This document shows, in pieces, positions 10,006 through 18,731 of a stretch of 38,319 nucleotides of DNA. Origin of the DNA: Steroidobacteraceae bacterium (GTDB taxonomy: Bacteria > Pseudomonadota > Gammaproteobacteria > Steroidobacterales > Steroidobacteraceae). The notes under the pieces were generated by a model. That model worked only from the letters and a program-made list of their open reading frames with translations, made no database searches and was not told the DNA's origin. How positions within the stretch are numbered: position 1 is the first letter of the stretch; each line of letters opens with the position of its first letter. The position numbers were made by a program, and so were the translations under genes. The stretch is taken from contig DASZYK010000361.1 of assembly GCA_035545455.1 (NCBI GenBank), positions 1 to 38,319 on the forward strand, written 5' to 3'.

Positions 10006-11073
10006 TCAATCGTAGTAGGCGATGCTCGGATTGTCTCCGGGGCAGATCACGCCGGCAACGAGCATTCCTTCGGCGGAAGTCGCCTCGAGGGAATGCAATT
10101 GCCTGCGCGGCAGGAAGACCACCTCGCCCGCCTCTACCCTCGCCTTGCGATCCTCCGTCCAGATGCAACCCTTTCCCGCGAGCACGATGAGGGCCTCCTC
10201 GTACAGGTGCCGGTGTGGCGCGGCCTTCGATCGGGGAATGTGTCCGATGAACTGCGTGATCGTGCGTGAGCCGAGGCGCTTGTCCACGAGGAGCTGGAAG
10301 TAGCGCGGCCCCATCGCCGTACGTTGCCCGGGAGCCACCGAAGCCACTCGCTCCGGAAAGCTTGCATCGAAGTTGTGCGGCATGGCGGCGGGCCACTCGA
10401 GCTCGCCCTGGGGCGACACGAGCGCAAATACGCTGAGAGTCTCCCGGCCGGCGGGAAGAAGCTGCAGGCCCTCACCCGGACGCACGTACAGGCCGTCATG
10501 AGGCTTTACCTCGAACTCCCGGCCCGAGATGATCGCCCGGCCGCTGCCGGCGGCTACGAGGAGGATCGCATCGCGTACGCCCCACGAGAGCACGGGCGAC
10601 GCTCCGTCCCGCACCTCGAGAAGGACCTGTGTCTGGAAGCGTGCGCCGAGCTCGGGCGTCACCAGATAGCAGTATCGCAGCCGCTCGCGGGAGTCTTTCG
10701 GGGCGAGAGCCGGCGAGACGACATAACAGCCGTCGTTCAACCACCGTCGTGGGCCATCCTGCGCGGCAACGACTGGGATGAGGCGGTTCGCCGGGCTTTC
10801 AGGATCATCGAGCGGCGACCCGCCCGGCAGGTTGGTATGCGCGCCGTCGCAAAAGGGCGCGCCGCAGCTGCGCTTGCAGCCGCAGAGCAGCACCTCCTCG
10901 CTGCGGCCGGCAACGAGCTTGCGGGGCCCGAGCCCGGTGCCCCGATGCGAGCCATCGCAGAACGGCTGCAAGGCGGAGCGCCCGCAGGCGCACCAGAAGT
11001 AGGTGCGTCCGCGCTCGAGCTTGACCAGGCAGGGCTTGGGCCGCGCAATAACCGGGTCCGCCATCTCCGTCAT
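10006..11073 (-). CDS. Fusion protein: two CDGSH [2Fe-2S] motifs followed by a bicupin
   Basis: CACGRSALQPFCDGSH and CGCKRSCGAPFCDGAH both fit the C-x-C-x2-S-x3-P-x-C-D-G-(S/A)-H motif. The C-terminal cupin motif is APHRHLYEEALIVLAGKG...VVFLP. ATG 11073 overlaps the upstream stop as ATGA (verified). The track ORF to 11571 overlaps the upstream gene and is an extension. Confidence 0.8.
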   Translation of the reverse strand: MTEMADPVIARPKPCLVKLERGRTYFWCACGRSALQPFCDGSHRGTGLGPRKLVAGRSEEVLLCGCKRSCGAPFCDGAHTNLPGGSPLDDPESPANRLIPVVAAQDGPRRWLNDGCYVVSPALAPKDSRERLRYCYLVTPELGARFQTQVLLEVRDGASPVLSWGVRDAILLVAAGSGRAIISGREFEVKPHDGLYVRPGEGLQLLPAGRETLSVFALVSPQGELEWPAAMPHNFDASFPERVASVAPGQRTAMGPRYFQLLVDKRLGSRTITQFIGHIPRSKAAPHRHLYEEALIVLAGKGCIWTEDRKARVEAGEVVFLPRRQLHSLEATSAEGMLVAGVICPGDNPSIAYYD

Positions 11074-14000
11074 CTCTCCAGCATTGCGACTGGCGGCGGC
11101 GGGCTCCCGGACGACCATGACGCAGTGTCCTGCGGCAGGCCTGCCTCCCGGAGTCGGATATTGAACTGCGCCAGCTCGGCATGCTTGATCCGCGCCATGT
11201 CCGTGCGGATTGCGGTCCAGCGCGCCTCTATGTCGCGCGCCTCCGCTCGAGCCGCCGCAGTCACCGGCGGGTCCTGATTCACCATGGAGATCAGATTGAG
11301 CACGGGGGTGCTCAGCAGGCGGCTGGGAAAGGAGACGTAGTCCTGCACGCCGTTCGGGAGCCGCGGCTGCGGCACTTGCTCTTGCCAGCGCGCTATCCGT
11401 GCGATGAGCGCGCGGCCCGAGCGCTCGACGCCGGCGGCGTGTGGCGTTCCTGCCGACTGTCGCATCAAAACTTGAGCCTGCCGCGCGATGGCGCGCATGT
11501 CGTTCGTGGAGCGGTGAATGTCGTCGACCATCGCGCGCAAGCGCTCGAGCAGCTGCTGCTGATCGCGCCACTGTTGGGCGGTGACCGGCGCGCGGCGGGG
11601 ATCATCGAGCACTTGGAGACTCCGCGTCAGCGACTTTCCGGCATAGCTCAGACGCACCGTGTAGATACCGGGCGCGACCCGATACGGCACCTGGCTGACG
11701 TAGCGAATCGTGTCGGCTACCGGCGTGTAGGAAGCCACGCGCAGATCCCAGACGTATGCATTCATGCCGGCTTTCGCGGGAACGGGCGCCGCGGGCGGCA
11801 GTTTTTGCACCCCCTTCACGAGACTGCGCGCCTCGTGCCTGACGGGCCCGCTCGTGAACCTGCGGATGAGGCGGCCGCTGCCGTCCAGAATCTCGAGCAC
11901 GACCGGCTCGGGACCGCCGACAGGCGCCGGTGCGAGCTCGTAGCGGATGATCGCGCCGTCGGGCGGATTGGCGCCGAGATCCGGCAGGAGAGCCGGCGGC
12001 CCGCTGCGCCGGTCGAGAAGATAGGCGCGGCGGGGCGCGAAGAGATACGTCCCCGCGCTCTTCACCTCGGCCGCCTGCGCCGCGAGCTGCTCGAGCGAGC
12101 TCAGGTCGTCCAGTATCCAGAAAGCGCGGCCCTCGGTGGAGGCGATGAGATCGCCCTCGTGGACCTCGAGGTCGGTGACCGGCACCCGGGGAAGGTTGAG
12201 TTGCAAGGGCTGCCAGTGCCCACCATCGTCGAACGAGATGAGCATGCCGTTCTCCGTCCCGGCATAGAGGAGCCCCGCCTGCTTCGGGTCTTCGCGCACG
12301 ACCCGGGCGAACATCCGGGAGGGCAAACCGGCGGCGATGCCGCGCCAGGTCCGGCCGTAGTCGTCCGTGCGATAGAGCATCGGCGCGAAATCGCCGAGCT
12401 TGTAGCGACTCGCCACCACATACGCCCTGGCGGGATCGTGTGGCGATGGCTCGATGGACTCGACCTCCGCATCATGCATTCCGGGCGGCGTGACATCCGC
12501 CCAGTGCGCGCCATCGTCCCGGGTCATATGCACCAGACCATCGTCGGATCCCACCCACAGCATACCTGCCGCCGGCGCCGATTCGGCGATATAAGTGATG
12601 GTGTCGTAGGTCTCACCTCCCGCGCCCTCGATGCTGATCGGGCCGCCGTCGACTCCTTCCTTTGCCAGCTCGTGGCGAGTCAGATCCGGGCTGATCGCGG
12701 TCCAGTGGATCCCGCGATCTGTGGATTTGAACACCACCTGGGCCCCGTAATAGATCGCCTTGGGATCGTGGGAGGAGACGAGCACCGGAGCGCTCCAGTT
12801 CGAGCGGTACTTGAGCTCGCTCGGCGGGCGGAAAGCGGCGAAGTAGTCATAGGGAGGGATCTCGCGAATCTCACCGTCCGCGGAGTCATATTCGGTGACG
12901 TCGCCGAGAATGCCCGTCGCATACACGAGCGAGGGGTCGTGCGCGTCGGCGCCGATTTGCGCACTCTCGCCGCCTCCGACCTCGTGCCAATCCTGCCGTC
13001 CGATGCCGTTGTGCAGCGTGCCGCTCGCAATGGCCATCGTCGTCCAGTCCTGCTGGCCGCCGTACACCCAGTAGGGAAAGCGGTCGTCGGCAAAGACGCG
13101 ATAGAACTGGCCGGTGGGCTGGTTGAGATCGCTCGACCAGCTCTGCCCGCCATCGAGCGTGACGATCGCGCCGCCGTCATTGCCCTCGACCATGATCCGG
13201 TCGTTGCGCGGATTGATCCAGAGGTCGTGATTGTCACCGTGCGGCGTTCGCACCTCGCGGAAGGTCGTTCCGCCATCGGTCGACCTCACCACCGAGTTGG
13301 CGAGCACGTAGACCGTGTCCTTGCGCTGCGGATCGGCGTAGATGCGCGTGTAGTACCAGCCCCGATCACGCATGCCGGCGTCGCCGTTCATTCGCCGCCA
13401 GGTCCGCCCGGCGTCATCGGAGCGGAAGACCCCGCCATGCACGGCCTCGATCATCGCGTAGATCCGATCAGGGTCGACGGGCGACACCGAGACTCCGGTG
13501 TTGCCCATGAGCCCCGGCAAGCCCTCACGCAGGCGATGCCAGCTGTCGCCGCCATCGGCCGATTTCCACAGGCCGCTGCCGGGACCGCCGCTGCGGATGT
13601 TCCACGGCAGGCGCCGATGATCCCAGAGCGCCGCGTACAGCACGCGCGGATTCCTCGGATCGATGCTGAGGTCGTGCGCGCCCGTCGTCGGACTGACGAA
13701 CAGCACCCGGGCCCAGGTCTTGCCGCCGTCGCGAGAGCGATAGACGCCGCGATCGGGGCTCGGCACCCAGGGGTTGCCCTGGGCCGCGACATAGACGATG
13801 TCAGGATTCGCCGGGTCGACCACGATCGCGGCGATGTGCAGGGTGGCGGCGAGACCGAGATGCACCCACGTCCTGCCGGCATCCGTCGACTTGTAGATCC
13901 CGTCTCCCGGCGAGGTCGTCTGTCCGCGGATCGAGGCTTCCCCCGTTCCGACGTAGATCACCTTGGGATCGGCCGGCGCCACCGCGATGGCGCCGATTCC

Positions 14001-14324
14001 GCCGACATCGAAGAAGCCATCGGAAATGTTGTGCCAGGATCTTCCGGCATCGTCGGTCCTCCAGACGCCGCCGCCGGAGCTGCCGATATAGAAGGTCGCC
14101 GGCTGATCCGGCACCCCGGCCACCGCCGTGGTCCGCCCCGCCCGGAAGGGACCGATGTTGCGCCACTTCAGCGCCTGGTACAGCGCGGGCTCGATCGGGT
14201 GAGCCGGACCGCCGGCCGCCGCCGCATCGCCCGCCCTCACGATTGCCGTCACCGCCAACATACCGGCCGCCGCCCGCAACAGCGGTCGAAGCCGTCCCGC
14301 CGGAGAGAGACTCTTCGTCGTCAT
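11070..14324 (-). CDS. Secreted Asp-box (BNR) repeat, sortilin/VPS10-like double beta-propeller protein (often annotated as glycosyl hydrolase); function unknown
   Basis: Signal-like N-terminus. There are 11 S-x-D-x-G-x-(T/S)-(W/F) Asp-boxes (e.g. STDAGRTW, SRDGGKTW, SADGGDSW, TDDYGRTW). The protein is 1084 aa. Confidence 0.85.
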   Translation of the reverse strand: MTTKSLSPAGRLRPLLRAAAGMLAVTAIVRAGDAAAAGGPAHPIEPALYQALKWRNIGPFRAGRTTAVAGVPDQPATFYIGSSGGGVWRTDDAGRSWHNISDGFFDVGGIGAIAVAPADPKVIYVGTGEASIRGQTTSPGDGIYKSTDAGRTWVHLGLAATLHIAAIVVDPANPDIVYVAAQGNPWVPSPDRGVYRSRDGGKTWARVLFVSPTTGAHDLSIDPRNPRVLYAALWDHRRLPWNIRSGGPGSGLWKSADGGDSWHRLREGLPGLMGNTGVSVSPVDPDRIYAMIEAVHGGVFRSDDAGRTWRRMNGDAGMRDRGWYYTRIYADPQRKDTVYVLANSVVRSTDGGTTFREVRTPHGDNHDLWINPRNDRIMVEGNDGGAIVTLDGGQSWSSDLNQPTGQFYRVFADDRFPYWVYGGQQDWTTMAIASGTLHNGIGRQDWHEVGGGESAQIGADAHDPSLVYATGILGDVTEYDSADGEIREIPPYDYFAAFRPPSELKYRSNWSAPVLVSSHDPKAIYYGAQVVFKSTDRGIHWTAISPDLTRHELAKEGVDGGPISIEGAGGETYDTITYIAESAPAAGMLWVGSDDGLVHMTRDDGAHWADVTPPGMHDAEVESIEPSPHDPARAYVVASRYKLGDFAPMLYRTDDYGRTWRGIAAGLPSRMFARVVREDPKQAGLLYAGTENGMLISFDDGGHWQPLQLNLPRVPVTDLEVHEGDLIASTEGRAFWILDDLSSLEQLAAQAAEVKSAGTYLFAPRRAYLLDRRSGPPALLPDLGANPPDGAIIRYELAPAPVGGPEPVVLEILDGSGRLIRRFTSGPVRHEARSLVKGVQKLPPAAPVPAKAGMNAYVWDLRVASYTPVADTIRYVSQVPYRVAPGIYTVRLSYAGKSLTRSLQVLDDPRRAPVTAQQWRDQQQLLERLRAMVDDIHRSTNDMRAIARQAQVLMRQSAGTPHAAGVERSGRALIARIARWQEQVPQPRLPNGVQDYVSFPSRLLSTPVLNLISMVNQDPPVTAAARAEARDIEARWTAIRTDMARIKHAELAQFNIRLREAGLPQDTASWSSGSPPPPVAMLER

Positions 14325-14338
14325 CGATCGATGCCCTG

Positions 14339-17300
14339 CTAGAAGTTGGCGGTCACGCCGAGGAAGATGACCCGACCCAGAGAATCATAAAGCACCGGGT
14401 ACGTGTTCGCGTCACCGAAGAACTGCGGGTTGGCGAAGCTGTTCGCTCCCGTCGTGGAGGTGAGCGGTGGATCAACGCCGGTGAGATTATTGACGCCGAA
14501 GCGAAATGCGACGTCCTGAGACCTCATCTGGTAGGAAAGCGTGAGGTCCAGATACTGCCGCCTGTCGAGTACCGCATCCACCAGATCGGGCGTCCCCTGG
14601 GCGAGGATCGTACCGGTCTGGTTCTTGTCGAGCGAAGCCGAGCCGATGTAGCGCCATCGCAGCGACACGCCCAGGCCGGCGACCGCCCAATCGGAGGGCG
14701 CGAGCCACGTGGCGCGCATGGTGTGCCGCCAGTGCGGGCGCGGGAAGCCGCAGGTGAATCCGTAGAGGCCCGCGCAATCGTAAGCGGGAACGCCCGGCGC
14801 CGCCTGCTCCTCGAGCGACTTCAGATAGGTCCCGGCGAAGCTCAGCGCAACCCGGCCGGCGTTTCGCAGGCCGAAGTCGCTCAAGTCGCGGTGATAATCG
14901 AAGCTGAAGTCGACTCCCTTCTCCCTGACGTACCCGACGTTGACATTGGTGCCGGAGACATACGCGGTGGGAGATCCGAAGAGCTCCCCGGCGCTGCCGC
15001 GATGGATGGCATCGCAGAAGAGGCCCTGGTTGATGCACTCCGTCAGGACCGTGCCGAACCGCACAGTGCCGATCTCCTTGGAGATCGTGATCTCGTAGTA
15101 ATCGATCGTGGCGGCGAATCCCCGCAGGAACCGCGGCGTGAGCACGACACCGAGCTGCCGCGTGATGGCCGACTCCGCCTGCAGATCGCGGTTGCCGCCC
15201 CCGAGCCCGTTGCAGAGGCCGGCCGGGCACTGCTGGATCGTACCGTATTGCGCGGCGGTCACGCCCGTGCGCTCGCACTGCGCGAGCGTCGCGCCGCCAG
15301 AGACCACTCCGGTCGCGGGATTGATGGCTCCCGAGCAGGGATCGCTGCCGGTCACGCCACCCACCGCCGAGGGAAAGAAGAGCTCGTTGATGTCGGGAGC
15401 GCGCACCGCACGGTTCCAGCTCCAGCGCAGCGTGACGTCCCGGATGGGCGCGTAGCGCACGCCGAACTTGTACGCATGCGTCAGCAGGCTGCTGCCGCGG
15501 CCCTGGATCTGGTAATCCGAGAGGCGATACGCGGTATCGAGCTGCAGCAGCCGCGCGTAGGGCCTGTCCTCGATCACCGGAAGCTGCAGCTCGCCGAAGT
15601 AGTCGCGCACATTGAAGCGCCCGGACACGGGTGGCGTGGGACTGCCGAGCGCGCCGCTCTGATACTCCTGGTCGGGAAGGAAATTCAACGCCTCCTGGCG
15701 GTACTCCAGTCCCGCCGCCACGCCGACACCGTTCTTCGCGAGAGGGCTTACGATATGGTACGGCGTGAGATCCCCGCTCACGCTCGCCGAGCCCACCTTC
15801 TCCACCGTGGTGCCCTGCTCCTGGGCTGTGATGCCGAGATACTTCAGCTGCGCCGCCGTCAGGCCGCCCACCTGGAAGACGTTCGCCGGCACACAACCGC
15901 CCGCCGGATTCTCGCAGACCACGCTGCCGTTGGGACCGGTGGTGGCGAGGAGCGCCTGCTGCAGATTCGTTTCCGAGAGGACGCCGGAGAAGTTCTCATC
16001 CAGTCTCGACTCGCCCCGCTGAACCGAAATGTCGTAGGAGAAGTCGTCGACGAGCGCTCCCTTGGCGCCGAACACGATCCGGTAATCCGTGTGGCGGATG
16101 TCGTCCTCGCGATTTCCGGCCTCCACCGTGCGCTTGAAGAACACCACCTTTGCGAGGCTCGTCGGGCTCAGGCCCGCATCCGCGCAGAGCCAGGCCTGCT
16201 CCTGGGCCGAAAGCAGCGGGTTGTCGCAGTTGACGTTGAAGGTGTTGATGATCGCGTCGGGCGCCGCCTGCGTGATGCTCTCGTCCTGCATGAACATCGC
16301 ACTGCCGTAGAGGTCCAGGTGCGGGCTGAGCTCGCGGTGCGCGAAGCCGCCGAGATTGTAGCGATCGTCCGGCAGGCGCAGGTAATTGAGAGGATTGAAG
16401 TTGTACTGCTCGCCGTTGTCCGGCAGGATGGCGGGCGAACCGGCGGGATCCACGATCCCTGCCGCGGCGAGGCCCGCGGCCGCGCGATCGTCACTGATGA
16501 AGCGGCCGTTGGGAATGGCGGAGGACCCCGCGCTGCAGCGGCTGAAGGCAACGATGCTCGCGGGTCCGTAGACGGCTTGGCACTGCGACGCGCTGGTGGC
16601 GGGCTGACCGTTGGGAAGGGTCGCGAGCGCGTAGACTCCGAAAGGACGCTGCCCGTCCGATACCGCGTTGAAGTGGCTGTAGCCGGCGTACAGGGTGACG
16701 TTCCCGGCGCCGCCGGCGAGATTGCTGCCCCAGATCAGAGTCGTATCGTAGCTCGCGCCGTCGCCGGCGCCCGTGATGTTACCCTGCGAATCGATCGCGA
16801 ATCCGTTGAAATCCTTCTTCATGATGAAGTTGACCACGCCGGCGACGGCATCGGAGCCGTATACGGAGGAGGCGCCGCCCGTAAGCACCTCGACCCGCTC
16901 GATCAATGCCTGCGGAATGAAGTTGAGGTCCGCCTCGGGACCGCCGAGAGGGCTGCCCGGCATCACCCGCTTGCCGTCGATCAGCGTGAGCGTACGGGAA
17001 GGACCGAGCCCGCGCAGATCGACGTTGGCAACACCCCGTGCGCCGCCCGGGTTCGAGGTCTGCGTGAGCGAGAAATTGCCCTGGACCGAAGGCAGGGCGT
17101 TCAGCATGGTCTCGATGCTCTGAGTGCCTTCGGCCTTCAGCTCCGCGCTGTTGACGACTTGCAGAGCCGCCGATCCGGTCAGCGTCGGCTGCTTGATGCG
17201 CGAGCCGGTGACCACGACCTCCTGGAGGGACTGCATCGACAGGCTCGCCGGTGCCGGCGACGGTGCGTCAGCGGAATCGCTGTCCTGCGCCGTGCTTTGG

Positions 17301-17455
17301 GCGGCACCCTCGGTCGCATGCGTCGCGGAGGTTCCCGCCTGTGAGGCGTTGCCGGCCGCTGCCGGCCCCGCGAGTCCGAGCCACGAAGTCAGGAAAGCCG
17401 CCGCGAGCGTGGATCCAGCCAGCAGCTCGAACGGGCCATGCGCAGTCGCTCTCAT
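14339..17455 (-). CDS. TonB-dependent outer-membrane receptor
   Basis: Signal peptide, a low-complexity linker, then plug start LQEVVVTGSRIKQP. The C-terminus ends GVTANF, with the terminal Phe typical of OM beta-barrels. ATG 17455 verified and in frame. The track ORF to 18268 reads through into the TetR gene. Confidence 0.92.
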   Translation of the reverse strand: MRATAHGPFELLAGSTLAAAFLTSWLGLAGPAAAGNASQAGTSATHATEGAAQSTAQDSDSADAPSPAPASLSMQSLQEVVVTGSRIKQPTLTGSAALQVVNSAELKAEGTQSIETMLNALPSVQGNFSLTQTSNPGGARGVANVDLRGLGPSRTLTLIDGKRVMPGSPLGGPEADLNFIPQALIERVEVLTGGASSVYGSDAVAGVVNFIMKKDFNGFAIDSQGNITGAGDGASYDTTLIWGSNLAGGAGNVTLYAGYSHFNAVSDGQRPFGVYALATLPNGQPATSASQCQAVYGPASIVAFSRCSAGSSAIPNGRFISDDRAAAGLAAAGIVDPAGSPAILPDNGEQYNFNPLNYLRLPDDRYNLGGFAHRELSPHLDLYGSAMFMQDESITQAAPDAIINTFNVNCDNPLLSAQEQAWLCADAGLSPTSLAKVVFFKRTVEAGNREDDIRHTDYRIVFGAKGALVDDFSYDISVQRGESRLDENFSGVLSETNLQQALLATTGPNGSVVCENPAGGCVPANVFQVGGLTAAQLKYLGITAQEQGTTVEKVGSASVSGDLTPYHIVSPLAKNGVGVAAGLEYRQEALNFLPDQEYQSGALGSPTPPVSGRFNVRDYFGELQLPVIEDRPYARLLQLDTAYRLSDYQIQGRGSSLLTHAYKFGVRYAPIRDVTLRWSWNRAVRAPDINELFFPSAVGGVTGSDPCSGAINPATGVVSGGATLAQCERTGVTAAQYGTIQQCPAGLCNGLGGGNRDLQAESAITRQLGVVLTPRFLRGFAATIDYYEITISKEIGTVRFGTVLTECINQGLFCDAIHRGSAGELFGSPTAYVSGTNVNVGYVREKGVDFSFDYHRDLSDFGLRNAGRVALSFAGTYLKSLEEQAAPGVPAYDCAGLYGFTCGFPRPHWRHTMRATWLAPSDWAVAGLGVSLRWRYIGSASLDKNQTGTILAQGTPDLVDAVLDRRQYLDLTLSYQMRSQDVAFRFGVNNLTGVDPPLTSTTGANSFANPQFFGDANTYPVLYDSLGRVIFLGVTANF

Positions 17456-17529
17456 TATCAGTGCCCCCGAGGCTTCGGTATTGCCGGGAGCTAATGTCTC
17501 CACCGGGTTCGCGCTTGTACAGTAGCGCT

Positions 17530-18255
17530 TTAGGCTGGATGGCCTAATGCCGGCTCCGCTGCACTCCTTTGGTACAAGGTCACGGCCGCATCGCCCGCCG
17601 CCGGTGCAACCGGCCGCGGCACGAGGCGCTCGATGGTGCAGAAGGACTCTTCCGTGATCCGTTGCGGGTCGGCGCAGAGATAGGGCCGCAGCACCTCGAG
17701 AATCGCCGCGTATCCCTCGAGTATCGTCTCGGCGCCCATCTCGCGATCCTGGTGCTCCACGTAGTTCACCCAGTTCTCCGAGAGGATCCAGGTGACCTCG
17801 ACGATCGAGCGCAGTCGCCGCTCGTCCTGGGGCAGCCGCATCAGCCCGCGGTCGGCGAGCGCCTGCATGAATTTCTCGATGACCTTCAGCCGACGCTCCC
17901 GGTTCTCGGAGTACCGGCGCCGCAGCAGCGGGTCCTGCCGCAGGAGATCGGCGAGCTCCCGGTAGAAGAATCGGTATTTGACGATCAGCTGCAACTGGCG
18001 CACGAACATGGCCGCCATGTGCTCGAGGGTCGGCTCGAGGTGATCGCGGTACCAGCCGGCGTTCATCTCGCCGATGGCGAGCTGAAAGATGGCGAAGATG
18101 ACGTCCCGCTTGTTGGGAAAGTGGTACTGGAGATTGCCCTTGCTGATCCCGCAGCGCTCCGCGATGCGGCTCGCGGAAATGGCCGCCGTGCCCTCGGCGT
18201 TGAAGAGCTCGAGAGCCGCCTGCAGGACGCGAAGTTGTGTGACTTTCGTAGCCAT
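17530..18255 (-). CDS. TetR/AcrR family transcriptional regulator
   Basis: HTH region LELFNAEGTAAISASRIAERCGISKGNLQYHFPNKRDVIF. ATG 18255 verified. Confidence 0.9.
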   Translation of the reverse strand: MATKVTQLRVLQAALELFNAEGTAAISASRIAERCGISKGNLQYHFPNKRDVIFAIFQLAIGEMNAGWYRDHLEPTLEHMAAMFVRQLQLIVKYRFFYRELADLLRQDPLLRRRYSENRERRLKVIEKFMQALADRGLMRLPQDERRLRSIVEVTWILSENWVNYVEHQDREMGAETILEGYAAILEVLRPYLCADPQRITEESFCTIERLVPRPVAPAAGDAAVTLYQRSAAEPALGHPA

Positions 18256-18731
18256 GGCTGCGCCGCACAACTGATTGACACCTAAAGCAAATGCCACTCT
18301 AGCATGCGGCACCCCCGGGAGCCAGGGGTTGCGGGCGCGAGGCGCGCGCCGGCCGGGCCGCCCGCACGACTGCCGTGGGTCGTCGCCAGGAGAACGCCCA
18401 GCCCGTGAGCAAGAGATGCCGTAGCGCGATGAGTGGCCCGAGACCGGCCTGAGCGGCTCGGACCGAGGCACACGAGAAGCTTGCGGCTCGAGCGGCCGCC
18501 GCGCTCCGCACGCTCGGACAGCCATCCGGCGGCGAGGACACGCCGCCGAGGCCGACCATGAGTGTGAGTCTATCGCGAGGTCATGGGCAAGCACTTCCCG
18601 GCCATGACCGCCGCCGAGGTGACCGCGCTCATCGAGACGAGGCCAAGGTGGAAATTGAGGCGGCCGCGGTGATCCCGTAAGCTGCGCATCCCCGAGCCGC
18701 GGCCCCACCCTACCCGGAATCACGAGTTGCC

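Noticed and set aside
11181-17344. Two >1000-aa + strand ORFs (11181..14342 and 14243..17344)
   Set aside because: They are antisense to the Asp-box protein and the TonB-dependent receptor. Their composition is low-complexity and R/A/G/D-rich, with no motifs.
17511-17528. Imperfect palindrome GCGCTTGTACAGTAGCGC between TetR and the receptor gene, as a possible TetR operator or terminator
   Set aside because: Only 5 of 8 positions of the inner 16-nt core (CGCTTGTACAGTAGCG) are symmetric, and as an RNA stem it gives just 5 bp. It is too weak to call and is mentioned only as a place to start footprinting.
17456-18268. N-terminal 271-codon extension of the TonB-receptor ORF
   Set aside because: It reads through the TetR gene in a different frame. 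The signal peptide and plug begin at ATG 17455.
18274-18305. TTGACA followed by TAGCAT, as a possible sigma-70 promoter in the TetR/gcdH gap
   Set aside because: The spacer is 19 nt, and the site lies ~450 nt upstream of gcdH. It is not convincing without transcript data.
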